This document shows positions 42,483 to 53,500 of a DNA stretch of 64,000 nt, piece after piece (position 1 is the first letter of the stretch; every line of letters starts with the position of its first letter). The notes below the pieces were generated by a model. That model saw nothing but the letters and a program-made list of their open reading frames with translations, made no database searches and had not been told where the DNA came from. The stretch comes from Klebsormidium nitens. Lineage: Eukaryota > Plantae > Klebsormidiophyceae. The translations under genes were made by a program, and so were the position numbers. The stretch spans positions 124,001 to 188,000 of the forward strand of contig DF236987.1 of assembly GCA_000708835.1 (NCBI GenBank). Reading direction: 5' to 3'.

Positions 42483-43003
42483 ACTTACTGAGTGCCACCA
42501 CCCCTTTTGAAAAGTATGCGAGCGCGTAGCTCAGGAACGGGGCTGGTTTGCTGGTGGTACGAGTGCGGCTGTTCTTTGAGCGTTTGATCACCCACGTGAA
42601 AGCTCGCTCTTCCTTACATTTGTTGGGTGCGTTGTCACCGGCTAGTTCAAGGAGTTGTCGAAGCTAGCCCTGCTACCGGCATCAATTTACGTAAAATTGT
42701 ACAAATGCACGAGGATGCAGCGCGTGGGAAGACGCATTCCACCTCCTGGTGCAGAGTGGCTGAAAGGGCTCCCTTTCAACTCCAGAATCAAGAAAGCTTG
42801 AACGTGCAGATGCGGCCATTCCGGATCTCAAACACGAGGCATTGTTAGGCTTTTTGAAGATCTTCAATGCATCCGTTCCACTGCCCCATCCCAATTGATC
42901 GGTATCAGGCTTCCATCTCCGCAGAAACGTTCATTGCTTCTTTCTTCAGATCAGTTCTTGAAGTTGATCGAACCTTGTGTTGACTGAAAGTGCATGACAG
43001 CTG

Positions 43004-43215
43004 ATACCGTACCGATTGTCCGGTTGGGCAACAATTAAATATTCTTCGACTTGCCCACATATTTGAATATACGATAAATTCGAATCTCAATTGTGCAAGT
43101 CATTTTGCCCCGTACGAAAACGAAATAAATTAGTAAAATGAAGCTGCCCAAATTCCATAGCATACGAAAATAATTATTGGGCAAAATCTGCCCAACCGGA
43201 CAATCGGTACGGTAT
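43004..43215. mobile_element. MITE-like element with perfect 27-bp terminal inverted repeats
   Basis: ATACCGTACCGATTGTCCGGTTGGGCA (43004-43030) is the exact reverse complement of 43189-43215. The interior is AT-rich and non-coding. No clear target-site duplication. Confidence 0.7.
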
Positions 43216-43802
43216 ACCGGTAGTACGGTAATACGGTATCACGTGAACTGAGGAGTCTCATTCCGGTGTACCGTACAGCGTCATTCTCATGCAATTTTAC
43301 GCACCTGTAGGCATTTTACCGGCGCCCGGAAGATGCATGGGGTTATGTACTTGGGTGGGTCAATCCGTGCGGAGGGCGTGCGGATACCGGTACCGTAAAC
43401 CAAAAATAGACCCCTAATCATAGGTCTTGGTTTGAGTGCCCGGTTACTTGCTGCTCTCCCGAGTCTAGAGGTGAAATGAGCTAGGTACCGGTTCGGTGCG
43501 AGTACCGTACGGTGTTAAACACTAGCTAGTGTACACTTGGATTCTGGAAGTACCAGTACCAACGGACCGCAATCTGTGGTTCTTAACCGGGATTTCCAGA
43601 TTTCGGTTGTCGGGACCGCAAACCAGGCAGGGAACCCACACGGAATGAGCCGCAAACCGCGTATAACGACCGCCCGGTCCAATGCCCCAGCCTTGCGGTC
43701 TTAACTCGCGGCTCCTGTCCCCGTCGGTTACCACCCGGTTAGCTGCCCTTTTAAGCTACAAGGACCATATATTTGCCCGGCAGCGGGCGAGCGATCCACC
43801 CC

Positions 43803-43873
43803 GCGCCGGTGGTACAATGGTAGAATAACAGCCTTCCAAGCTGTCGATCCGGGTTCGATTCCCGGCCGGCGCA
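43803..43873 (+). tRNA. trnG-UCC: tRNA-Gly (anticodon TCC)
   Basis: Acceptor stem GCGCCGG/CCGGCGC with discriminator A, anticodon arm ACAGC-CTTCCAA-GCTGT, T-arm GGTTCGATTCC, 71 nt, followed by a TTTTT Pol III terminator. Confidence 0.97.
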
Positions 43874-44563
43874 CCTTTTTGGGCAAAAAGCTCGAAATTG
43901 CAGAGCGGACGGGCACATGCATGCACGCCCGGCTCTGTTGACGGAATGTCAGGGGTCACTTCTGAGGCTCAACTTGGACCCCCTAGAGTTACAAAAGTCT
44001 CCGGTTTTGCCGGGCGAGCTTCAGAAAGCCACGCCACGTGGCATTGGGTTCGCGTAGTGGCAAGTTCGCGCCATTTTCCGCCACCCTGGTTTTGAAAGCA
44101 GGCCTGAGCTCACTCTGACTCAGAGTCTCAGAGGCTTTCGCTTTGCAGAGCTCTTGCAAGTCTTCCTCATCTTTTGGCATTGCAATTGTCAACCTGACAC
44201 GGGCCAGTGGCAGGCGTCTGGAAGCGACAGGGGAGAGAAGGGATTGCATTCAGAAGGCTTTTGAGCGGTCTCTTGCAGCGATTGATAGTCCTAGTACACC
44301 AAGTTGATTGGGAATGAACGGCGCGGCACGCTAAGGAAGAGGTGTTAGATTTTTCTGTACAGATCAACACTTTAGCGACGCCAAAAGGGAGGTTGAAACG
44401 CATTGGATTAGCGAATCCCGATTGCGGACTTTCTTGGCCCATTTTTGAGGCGAATATTCTTTTAGGCACAGCTTACTAGCAATCCCCCACTTGCAGAAGT
44501 TCTAATTGCCAAGAACATCCTCGACGCAATCCCATCAATGCTCCAATAGCAGGGGAGAGAAAG

Positions 44564-47500
44564 ATGCAGACCTCCGGCAAGCGCCCCGGAATGCAGTCGG
44601 TGGGTGCACCGCCCCCTTCAAAGCGTCTGAATGGGGGCCCCACACATGACACCCCGGGGGACTCGCCTGACCCGTTTGAAGACCCTGACTTTATGGAGGA
44701 GGAGGAGGAGTTTTATGTTGAGGAGGAAGCACCACCCGCTGCAGCTGAGATCAGGTTGGGTGGGGACGATGAGAGGATGCGCCAATGGAAGCGGCCGCCG
44801 GTAGAGCCCCCCATTAACCAGGCTACAGATGACATAGGCAAGTCTTTGCAAGTTTAGGGTTTTTCTTGATTTCCATGGAGGTTTCGCTTCACACGGGTCG
44901 ATCAGATGGGAGAGACTTCAGCTGGTTCTCAGCAAAGCGGGGGGCGGCAACATGGAGCGAGCAGTGTCTAATGTTTCTGCACATGTGACAAGCTTCATAG
45001 GATAGGTCTGAATTGATAGCATTCCTCGCTAAGTCTCACCAGTCGGCAGAAGGAAAAGTTCTGGTGTTTGCTGTGTTTGATGCCTCCTGATCCATTGAGG
45101 CACCAGGCCGGAATGTTACAGCTGCTAAGAAGTAAGTGCTTTCCTAACCGTTGCTAACAATAAACTCCCAGTTAATTGGTTCTCCATACCAAGTATTCCA
45201 AGTTTTCGTGGCTCTAAACATGATGCAGCAACTGTTGTATGGTTGGTAGAATCATGATTTGCCACCATCGCATGCATAAAGCGTAAAGCGTAACATTTCG
45301 TAACCTGGCCCTCGATCATAACTCATTCTTTGGCAGACTGCCCATTACTATACCTTGACCTCCCTCGTGCGGCATATTTCATAATCCTGGCCTTGATCCT
45401 GTGTGCAGTTTTTCAGCAGCTGGACATCGACTATGTGGTTGGCACGACCAATCGCGACCTTCTCCCCTACCGAAGGTCCGACAAGGCCGCAATCATCAGA
45501 ATGTTTGGTGTCAACTCACAAGGTATGGCTCCTTGTCAGGCTTTGGTGAAACCTGCACCTGCCTGAACATCTCTACCTGCCCTCATGGTTGGGGTATCAC
45601 AAGGGCGCCTGATGGGGCGCTGCTAGGCCCTGGGAGCTAATGTTAGAGTCTCGGACATGCCAAGTTATCTGAGTTCACATAGCAGCCGTTGCTTGGCTGG
45701 TGCTGGAGAAGGGTGTTGGCACGGGCAATCGCATGCCTCTTAAAACAGCATTTTCGCCACGGTTTAAACATAGTCTCAAAAGCTGCATTAGGATAGCATT
45801 AGCAGATTGGAAGCAACTTGGGCCTGAATGAGCCTCATCGTGCTTCCATGTTCTACGGACTGGTTAAGACTCGGGTTAGTTTTCAAGTCAGACTCGGTGT
45901 GAACCAGCGTCCTGCACCCATCCTTTGTCTTACAGGTTCTTTGGAGTCTACTCATAGGATGCACTCACATGAATGCTTATTCATGATTAGCACTTCTGGT
46001 TTGTTCTTGCAGGCAACAGCGTCTGCGTCTTTGTGCATGGCTTTGAGCCGTACTTCTACATCCCCCTACCCCCAGGGTACAACCCCGACTCGCGTGATAT
46101 TTACCTCAGGGACCTTGACGTGAGATCCGCTTGCTCCGTGTCTCATTAGCTTCTTGCAGTCCCGAACCGCTGTCAACGAGAAAGCAGATCTCCGGATCAA
46201 GGAATGTCAGAAGTTGTGAAGGGCATCGCCGGAATCCCTCTGAGACCAAGCAATGCTTTCAACCACTTTCTCGGTAATTTGGAGCCATCCCAGATTCTGA
46301 GAAAATGGCTGTGCCAGCTTTGAGAACCAACAGCCAAGGGTATGCCTAGCCCGAATTTGGGAGTACGATTTCTCTTCCTTGGGGTTTGACTGCTCAGAGC
46401 TTTTGCATCAAACCCTCAGACGAAAAGATATTTTCTTGTTCACTGCGCTAACCGGGCCGGTCTAGCGGGACGATTTGCCAGATGCAATCTGACGTGTTGT
46501 GAATGCCAATATAAAAATCCGGGATTGAAAACACCAGAGTAATGCCGGACCCATGGTCACCCCAATCCCTTCCCTTGTAGACCGCGCTCGCAAATGCGGA
46601 CCGGCAAGGTGGCCGGCCGGGGTCAAACGTGCTGGACATCGAAGTGGAGCGGAAGCAGAGCGTGCTATACTACCAGCGGAAACGGAATCGGCCCTTCCTC
46701 AAGATCACGCTGGCGCTCCCAACGATGGTGGCGACGCTCAGAGGTGGGGACAAATGACTGATCTTAGCGCGAGACTTGACTGTGGACTGTGGAAGGGATT
46801 TTGCTGGAGCGCACAGTACCCAAAGCGGAGGACGGAGGATACATTGATATTGTGGAAGGCTCAATGGCCCTGGAGATATCTGAAACCCTGGTGTCCTTGG
46901 ATGCCCACCCAGGCTTGATCAAGCGCGGGCTGAGGGCCGATGGTCGCCATTCAAAACCTACACCTGTGAAAGCAACGTCCTTTTTGAAGTGCGCTCCATA
47001 ATCGACTGCTTCACCAACTGCGAAAACCTCCGAACGGAAAAGCCAGATTCTTGAGCTTTCTGCAGGCTTGATTGAGCGTGGGTTAATGGCTAACGGGAGC
47101 TGTTCCAAAAACGACACGTATGAAAGCCACTCTCTTCGCACTGTGCTCCCTGGTTGACCACAACGTCTTGCGCAAGATGTCTGAATTGCATAAGTAGACT
47201 CTCTCCAGGATTGGTTGAGCGCGGGCTGATGGCCAACGGGGTCTACCTCCCTACCGACACGTACGAGAGCAACGTCCTGTTCGGGCTGCGCTTCACGATC
47301 AACCGCAGCATTGTTACTAAAATCGCCGATTTGAAAGAAAAGTTCTCTTACGTTTTGCAGGCTTGATTGAGCGCGGTTTGATGGCCAACGGGGTCTACCT
47401 CCCGACTGACACGTACGAGAGCCACTTCCTCTTCCGCAGTGCGCTCCCCGGTTGACCGCAACATCAAATGCAAGTTTGTCCGGACCAAATAACCGAACTC

Positions 47501-50500
47501 TGGAGTTTCATTTTGCAGGCTTGATTGAGCGCGGTTTGATGGCCAACGGGGTCTACCTCCCAACGGACACGTACGAGAGCAACGTCCTCTTCGCACTGCG
47601 CTTCATGATTGACCGCAGCATTGTGGGGTGCAACTGGATAGAGCTCCCGGCGGGGGCCTACCGGCTCAACAGGGGCAGGGCACGGTCCTTCTGCCAGATC
47701 GAGGTGCGTAAAAATCTGGCTTAATCTCAGCGTTCTTGGGTTTGCATTACAGGTTCTGGTAGTCCTGCTCAGAAAATGGTGGCGGGAGGCTACCGGCCAA
47801 TAGGGGCAAGCCACGGTCCTTCTGCCAGATCGAGGTGCGTTGGATCACAACATCCTGGTTCACTTTTAGCATTGGAGGTTCTTCTGGTACTTGCTCGGGG
47901 GTTTGTTGAGGGCCTACCGGCTCAACCAGGGCAGGCCAAAGTCGTCTTGCCAGATTGAGATGGGCGGGACTTACGGCGTTATGACATCCAAGAATTTCTA
48001 TCAGAGGATCTGGTAAGATTTGCTCGAGCTTTTGGCGGAGGCCTGCTGGTTGAACAGGCCACGATCTTTGCGTCAGATAGGTGAAAAAGCTTAGCTCAGT
48101 GTTTCTTGTTGCTACAGCCTGCACCGATTTTGCTTGTACTTGCTCGGGGGTTTGGCAGGGGCCTGGCGCTGGACATTGGCAGGCACCTGCTCCCTTACAC
48201 CAGATCAAAGGTGGATTTTGTGATTTTTGAGCTTAAGCGTGCCGCCCCTTCGGAGTTAGGTATTGCTCTCGCGTCCATCCTTTCTCCTTGACAATAGGCC
48301 TGGCCACTTTGTTTCAATATAAGACGACGGAGTTAGCATCCACAACACCCCTCCTTGATCGTCGTTCGTGCAGGTTGACGTCATGTTCGATAAGCTGATT
48401 AGCCACCCCGCGAGCGGTTCCGGTCTCTACTCCACTCTCGCTCCGTTCCGGATCCTCAGCTTCGACATCGAGTGCCAAGGCCGGAAGGGCCACTTCCCCG
48501 ATGCCAAGGAGGACCCCGTCATTCAGGTACGATCTTAGTCCCATGCTCTCTATTTTCTTCGTTTGCTGATGGAGTCATGAGTCCAAATATCGTCGTCGGG
48601 CGATGCGAAATATCTCCGTTCAAGTTGAGCACGGCACGGTTTCTGGGGTGTCTTTCCCATGCTTTCTTTTCTCCAGTCTCTACTTGAAGCTGCAATCATG
48701 TTCGAAGAGGAGAGAGTGTAGGCACCCAAGTCATTACTTGTGCATACCGGGTGGGAAGATGCACTTGTGTCTGAACCTTGGCCCCTTTCTGGGGTTCACC
48801 AAGCCCCTTTCTCCCAGCTTCATGCCCTCTTCATGGTCCAGACCCTCGACTGTTCCGGTAGCAGAGTGCAGTAAAATAGGTCCCGTACAAACCCACAGTT
48901 CAGCTGCTCGCTAAGCTGCTTATCCAGATTGCGAAGCTGGTGACCCTCTAAAGGCCTCCTCGTATTTGTCCTCGTCTTTCAACGCCTTACCTCCGTGAAA
49001 TTTTCCTTCTCAACTCCTCGACCCAAAATCAGAACCCTCTGCTTAATCCTCTCCTCCAGTTCGCTATGCAGGTGACTCTACACGACTCCTCCACAACCAT
49101 CCAACTCTAGGAATGTCTTAAAACTCCCCCTCAAAATTCTACTTTAGCTCAAGATTGAATCCCTGCTTCGCCCTTGCTCCAAATTGCAAACCTGGTGACC
49201 TCCAAGGCTCTTCCAAGCCTCATCTGCAATGTGATGACGCTGAATTCTGGACCCCAGAAGATATTCTCAACTAACCTGCGTCTCAACTGCTCGCTAACCT
49301 GCTCGTCCAGATCGCCGATCTGGGTGACCCTCCAAGGATCACCGATCGGGTGACCCTCCAAGGCTCGTCCAAGTCCTTCTTCAGCTTCTAAGCCTGAATC
49401 CTTGCCTCCGTTAACTCCCCATGCAAACTCTGAACCATTCTCCCTGCGTAACCCCTGACTCTTGACTCTTACTCGTTAATACTCGACCCTTAACCCATTC
49501 GTCCACATCGCTAACCTGGTGACCCTCCAAGGCTCGTCCAGCCCCTCATCCCGCAACGTCATGACGCTCAACTCCTGCCCCCCCAAATCTCAGGATATAT
49601 TCTCCACTAACCCACATTTAACTGCTCGCTAATCCGCTTCTTCAGATCGCCAACCTGGTAACCCTCCAAGGTTCTTCCAAGCCCCTCATCCGCAACGTCA
49701 TGACGCTCAACTCCTGCTCCCCGATCGTCGGCGCTGACGTCTTTTCCCACGACACCGAGGCCGAGCTTCTGTTGCGCTGGGCCAAGCTCGTGCGTGACGT
49801 CGACCCTGACGTCATCATCGGGTACAACATCGCCAACTTCGACCTGCCGTACCTCATCGAGCGCGCCCGCGTCAAGGGCCTGCAGGAGTTCCAGTTCCTG
49901 GGGCGAGTGCAGAACACGCGGATCAAGATGCGGGACACCACCTTCTCGTCCAAGTGAGTCATGCATTTTTCGTCCCCTTTTGTCACTGCATGTATGAAGA
50001 CTTCGTGCGATTCGGTCACTCATTGGCCTTTGAAATCTGGGAATCTGGGGTGAATGCAGAATACGCGGGTCAAGATGCGCGATATCACCTCGTCCACGTG
50101 AGATTATTGCAGTGGCTTCTTTGCTGCTTGCGAGTTCAGAAAAATATTCCGAATTCGAAGTTTTCTTCGGAAGGTCTTCGGGTTCATCTGGCGCTTTACA
50201 AGTCCGCTTCTGCGAGAGTATTGACACGAGGATTGAGATGCGGAATACTGTCTCGTGTCAGTGTGATGCTTTCCAGGAGGCTCGAACTGACTCAGTAGAA
50301 GGGCAACATACTATGAGGCCCACTGCCTAGGACGCGTGGGGTTACTTTGGGGGGTTAAGTATGTGTACAAGTGCGGAACGGGCAAGCATTTTCGGTTGGA
50401 TTTTTAGTGGTCAGAAGACTTACCGAGCTTACATCAACAAATGTCGAAATCATATTGGAGAAACGTAAGAAACCCTTGCCCTCTTTCACCATAACCAACC

Positions 50501-53500
50501 AACTGTGAGGTGTATCTTCAGCTGTGTGGGCTTCAAGGCGACATTCTGTCGTCACATCTTATCCGAAAGCTTCGCACCTTTTTCTGACCTCGTCAACAAG
50601 CCTCGCATCTTTTGGGGACCTTCGAAAAGCCTGTTTGAGAAGCTTTCTTTCTCCTCGTTTCTCTACACAAAAGTTGCCCAAGCCTGCTTCTTTTCCGACA
50701 GCGACGGCTTGTAACTGAATGTGTCGTGCCTCGCAGAGCGTACGGAACGCGGGAGAGTAAAGAGATCACGATTGAGGGGCGGCTTCAGTTCGACGTCCTC
50801 CAGGTAAAGTGCGACGCAAGCCCTTTCGTTTCTTTGCCCCAATCTGCACCACGTAAGTAAAGCTTTTTGTGGATGATAGATTAAACACCCCAAGTCCTAA
50901 GTGTTGCTTTTTCCTAACCTGGGTAAGAAGACTGGCTTAGTGGTGTTGGCATCTTTGGTCATTGCGAGCTGGATTTGTCGAATGAGCAATCTATCTTATG
51001 CATGTCGACAAAGCGCAGTCTCGAGTCGTTAGGCGATTGTTCGTTACCTTTTCTTTCTGTGCCAACGTCTTGCGTCATCATCAATGCAGTAACAGTTGCG
51101 TTTTCCATTCCATCAGGCGATGCAGCGGGACTACAAGTCGAGCAGTTACTCCCTCGAACTCCGTATCCGCCATCTTTCAAACTCGCTTCTGTCTTATCAC
51201 TTTCTCATCAGCACGCTAACCATCGCTTGTGCGTTCTATCAGGCGATGCAGCGCGACTACGTGCTGAGCAGCTACTCTCTGAACTCGATTGGCACTTTTG
51301 TGAGTCGTTTCTGTGCCATGATCTGCTTTTCACCAACGCGCGAATCTTGATTGTGCTTTCAGGCGATGCAGCGCGACTACAAGCTGAGCAGTTACTCCCT
51401 CAACTCGGTGTCGGCCATCTTTCTGGGCGAGCAAAAGGAGGACGTGCATCACAGCATCATCTCCGACCTCCAAAACGGAAACCCCGACACGCGCCGCCGC
51501 CTCGCCGTCTACTGCCTCAAGGTGGGTTTGGAGGATGTAGAAGTTGGGTTTCTGGATTTAGGAGGTTTCAGGAAGTTACGAACCTTGTGACGTGTTCTAT
51601 ATGGGCAGGAGCCCGTGAAATGTTCCCAGAAGTTTGGGGCTGAGATTCTGTCCAGGTTCCGGTTTACATTGACTTGGGCCCAACCTTATCTGTGACTCTA
51701 AAGTCTACAACGGTCTGCCTCCACGCCGCTAATATTGGAAAGGTTGGAGGTTCAAGCCTTCACGTGCACTTTTGTTCTATCTCCCGGCTTCTGGAGTTGT
51801 GCTTCGGTTCGAACCCCGTTCGTGACCTTCGGTTATGTTAGCATACCTGTCCCTTCTAATGTTGTTAGTTTGGTCATCAGATTATCAGGATCACACATGT
51901 TCTTATCTCTATAAAGCCCCCCCCCCCCCTGTTCTCGTAAGAATTTCATAGAGCTTCTTTGCAGAAAGCGGTCCTTCTAGCATATTCTATTATATGTCGC
52001 TTTTGGCTTGTGATTGCTAGAGCGTCCGCTTTCCATGCAATTTCCGGAACGGATTACGCCGACCAGGGGGTGGTTTATAGTGTAAATGTTTGATGTGCAT
52101 TCCAACAAGCACACGTCTCCCCGGCCGGACACTTACCTGCTGAGGTCTCCGTTCATCGGCCTGGAACCTGAGGAGGCTGTTCATCTTATCATTCATTAGG
52201 TTCAAACTAAGTTTTTTCTTTGGTTACTTACACAATTCTAGAACGCTTACCGAGCACGCTAATTGAATACACGTGTCACTTCGCCAGGACGCTTACCTGC
52301 CGCAGCGGCTGCTGGATAAGCTGATGTTTGTCTACAACTACGTCGAGATGGCACGTGTCACGGGCGTCCCCTTCGGCTTCCTCCTCGCGCGCGGCCAGTC
52401 CATCAAGGTCAGCGTAACGTCGACCTTTCTCAAATATGCAATCTGGAAGGCTTTCAGGTAGAATCAAATGTCATTGGTAGCCCACTTCTCAAATTTCGTC
52501 AGTACCGCTTTCGAAGTGCTAGCAAGGGTTCGTTGTATTGTTCAGTAGTCTCTTGTAAGCAAAATTTCTCGTCTCAGCAGCACCTTGGGTTCGACACCGC
52601 GTCTTGGGGTCCGGGGTTCATGTTGAACGTTGACGCATTTCAGAGCGTTCTTTCGTACATCAACATGCACTTTGTCTCTCACTTCTCCTTCAACCTGTTC
52701 GCTGCTCGTCCCTCGTTCTTTCGAACCCCTTCGGAGCTACTCTGTCCTATCAGACGTCGATTCAGACAGATCATTTGTCCCTTACAAAACCCATGCAAAG
52801 CTTGGGTTAACTGCGGAGTTGAGTGCGCATGCCGTCCGACAAGCCCTATCGTTCTCTTTATTCCCTGGAGTTTCACTCCATCCGACGTCCTTTTTTCAGG
52901 TGTTATTTCAGACGATGCGGAAAGCTCGCACGAGAGACCTTCTGGTGCCCAACAGGCTTTCTTAGTCGATCTCGCCACATCTGAAACAATCACATTCCGC
53001 CATACTGGTTCTTCAGGTATTATTGTCACCAATGCGGAAAAGACGCATAAAAGACTTGCTAGTGCCCAAATAGCGTTAGGTATGCCTCCATCTCCTGAAC
53101 ATCCGACTCCAAACTGCTTCTCTTTTCAGGTGCTATCTCAGATCATGCGGAAAGCACGGACGAGAGACTTGCTGGTGCCGAATCTCAAGGTGCAAGGTCA
53201 ACCGGGCGACGGCATAGCGTATGAGGGCGCGACGGTGCTGGAGGCGAAGCAGGGCTTCTACGAAAAGCCGATCGCGACGCTCGACTTTGCGTCGCTGTAC
53301 CCGTCGATCATGATGGCGCACAACCTGTGCTATACAACATTGGTAAGGGCCGAGGTTATCCCGCATTTCTAATCTGGGCTTGGTGCTTTGTTGGCCACAT
53401 GCAGAAGTTCTCGCTGCAGAGAACTCTGAAGGCAACTCGACTACGAAATCTGAAGCTGCGTGGCTTTTTCCGTTGTTTTGTAAAACCCACTACTCCGATC

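Noticed and set aside
43900-44563. E2F sites expected in a POLD1 promoter
   Set aside because: Only near-matches (TTTTCCGCC, TTTGGCGT) were seen, not a full TTTSSCGS consensus.
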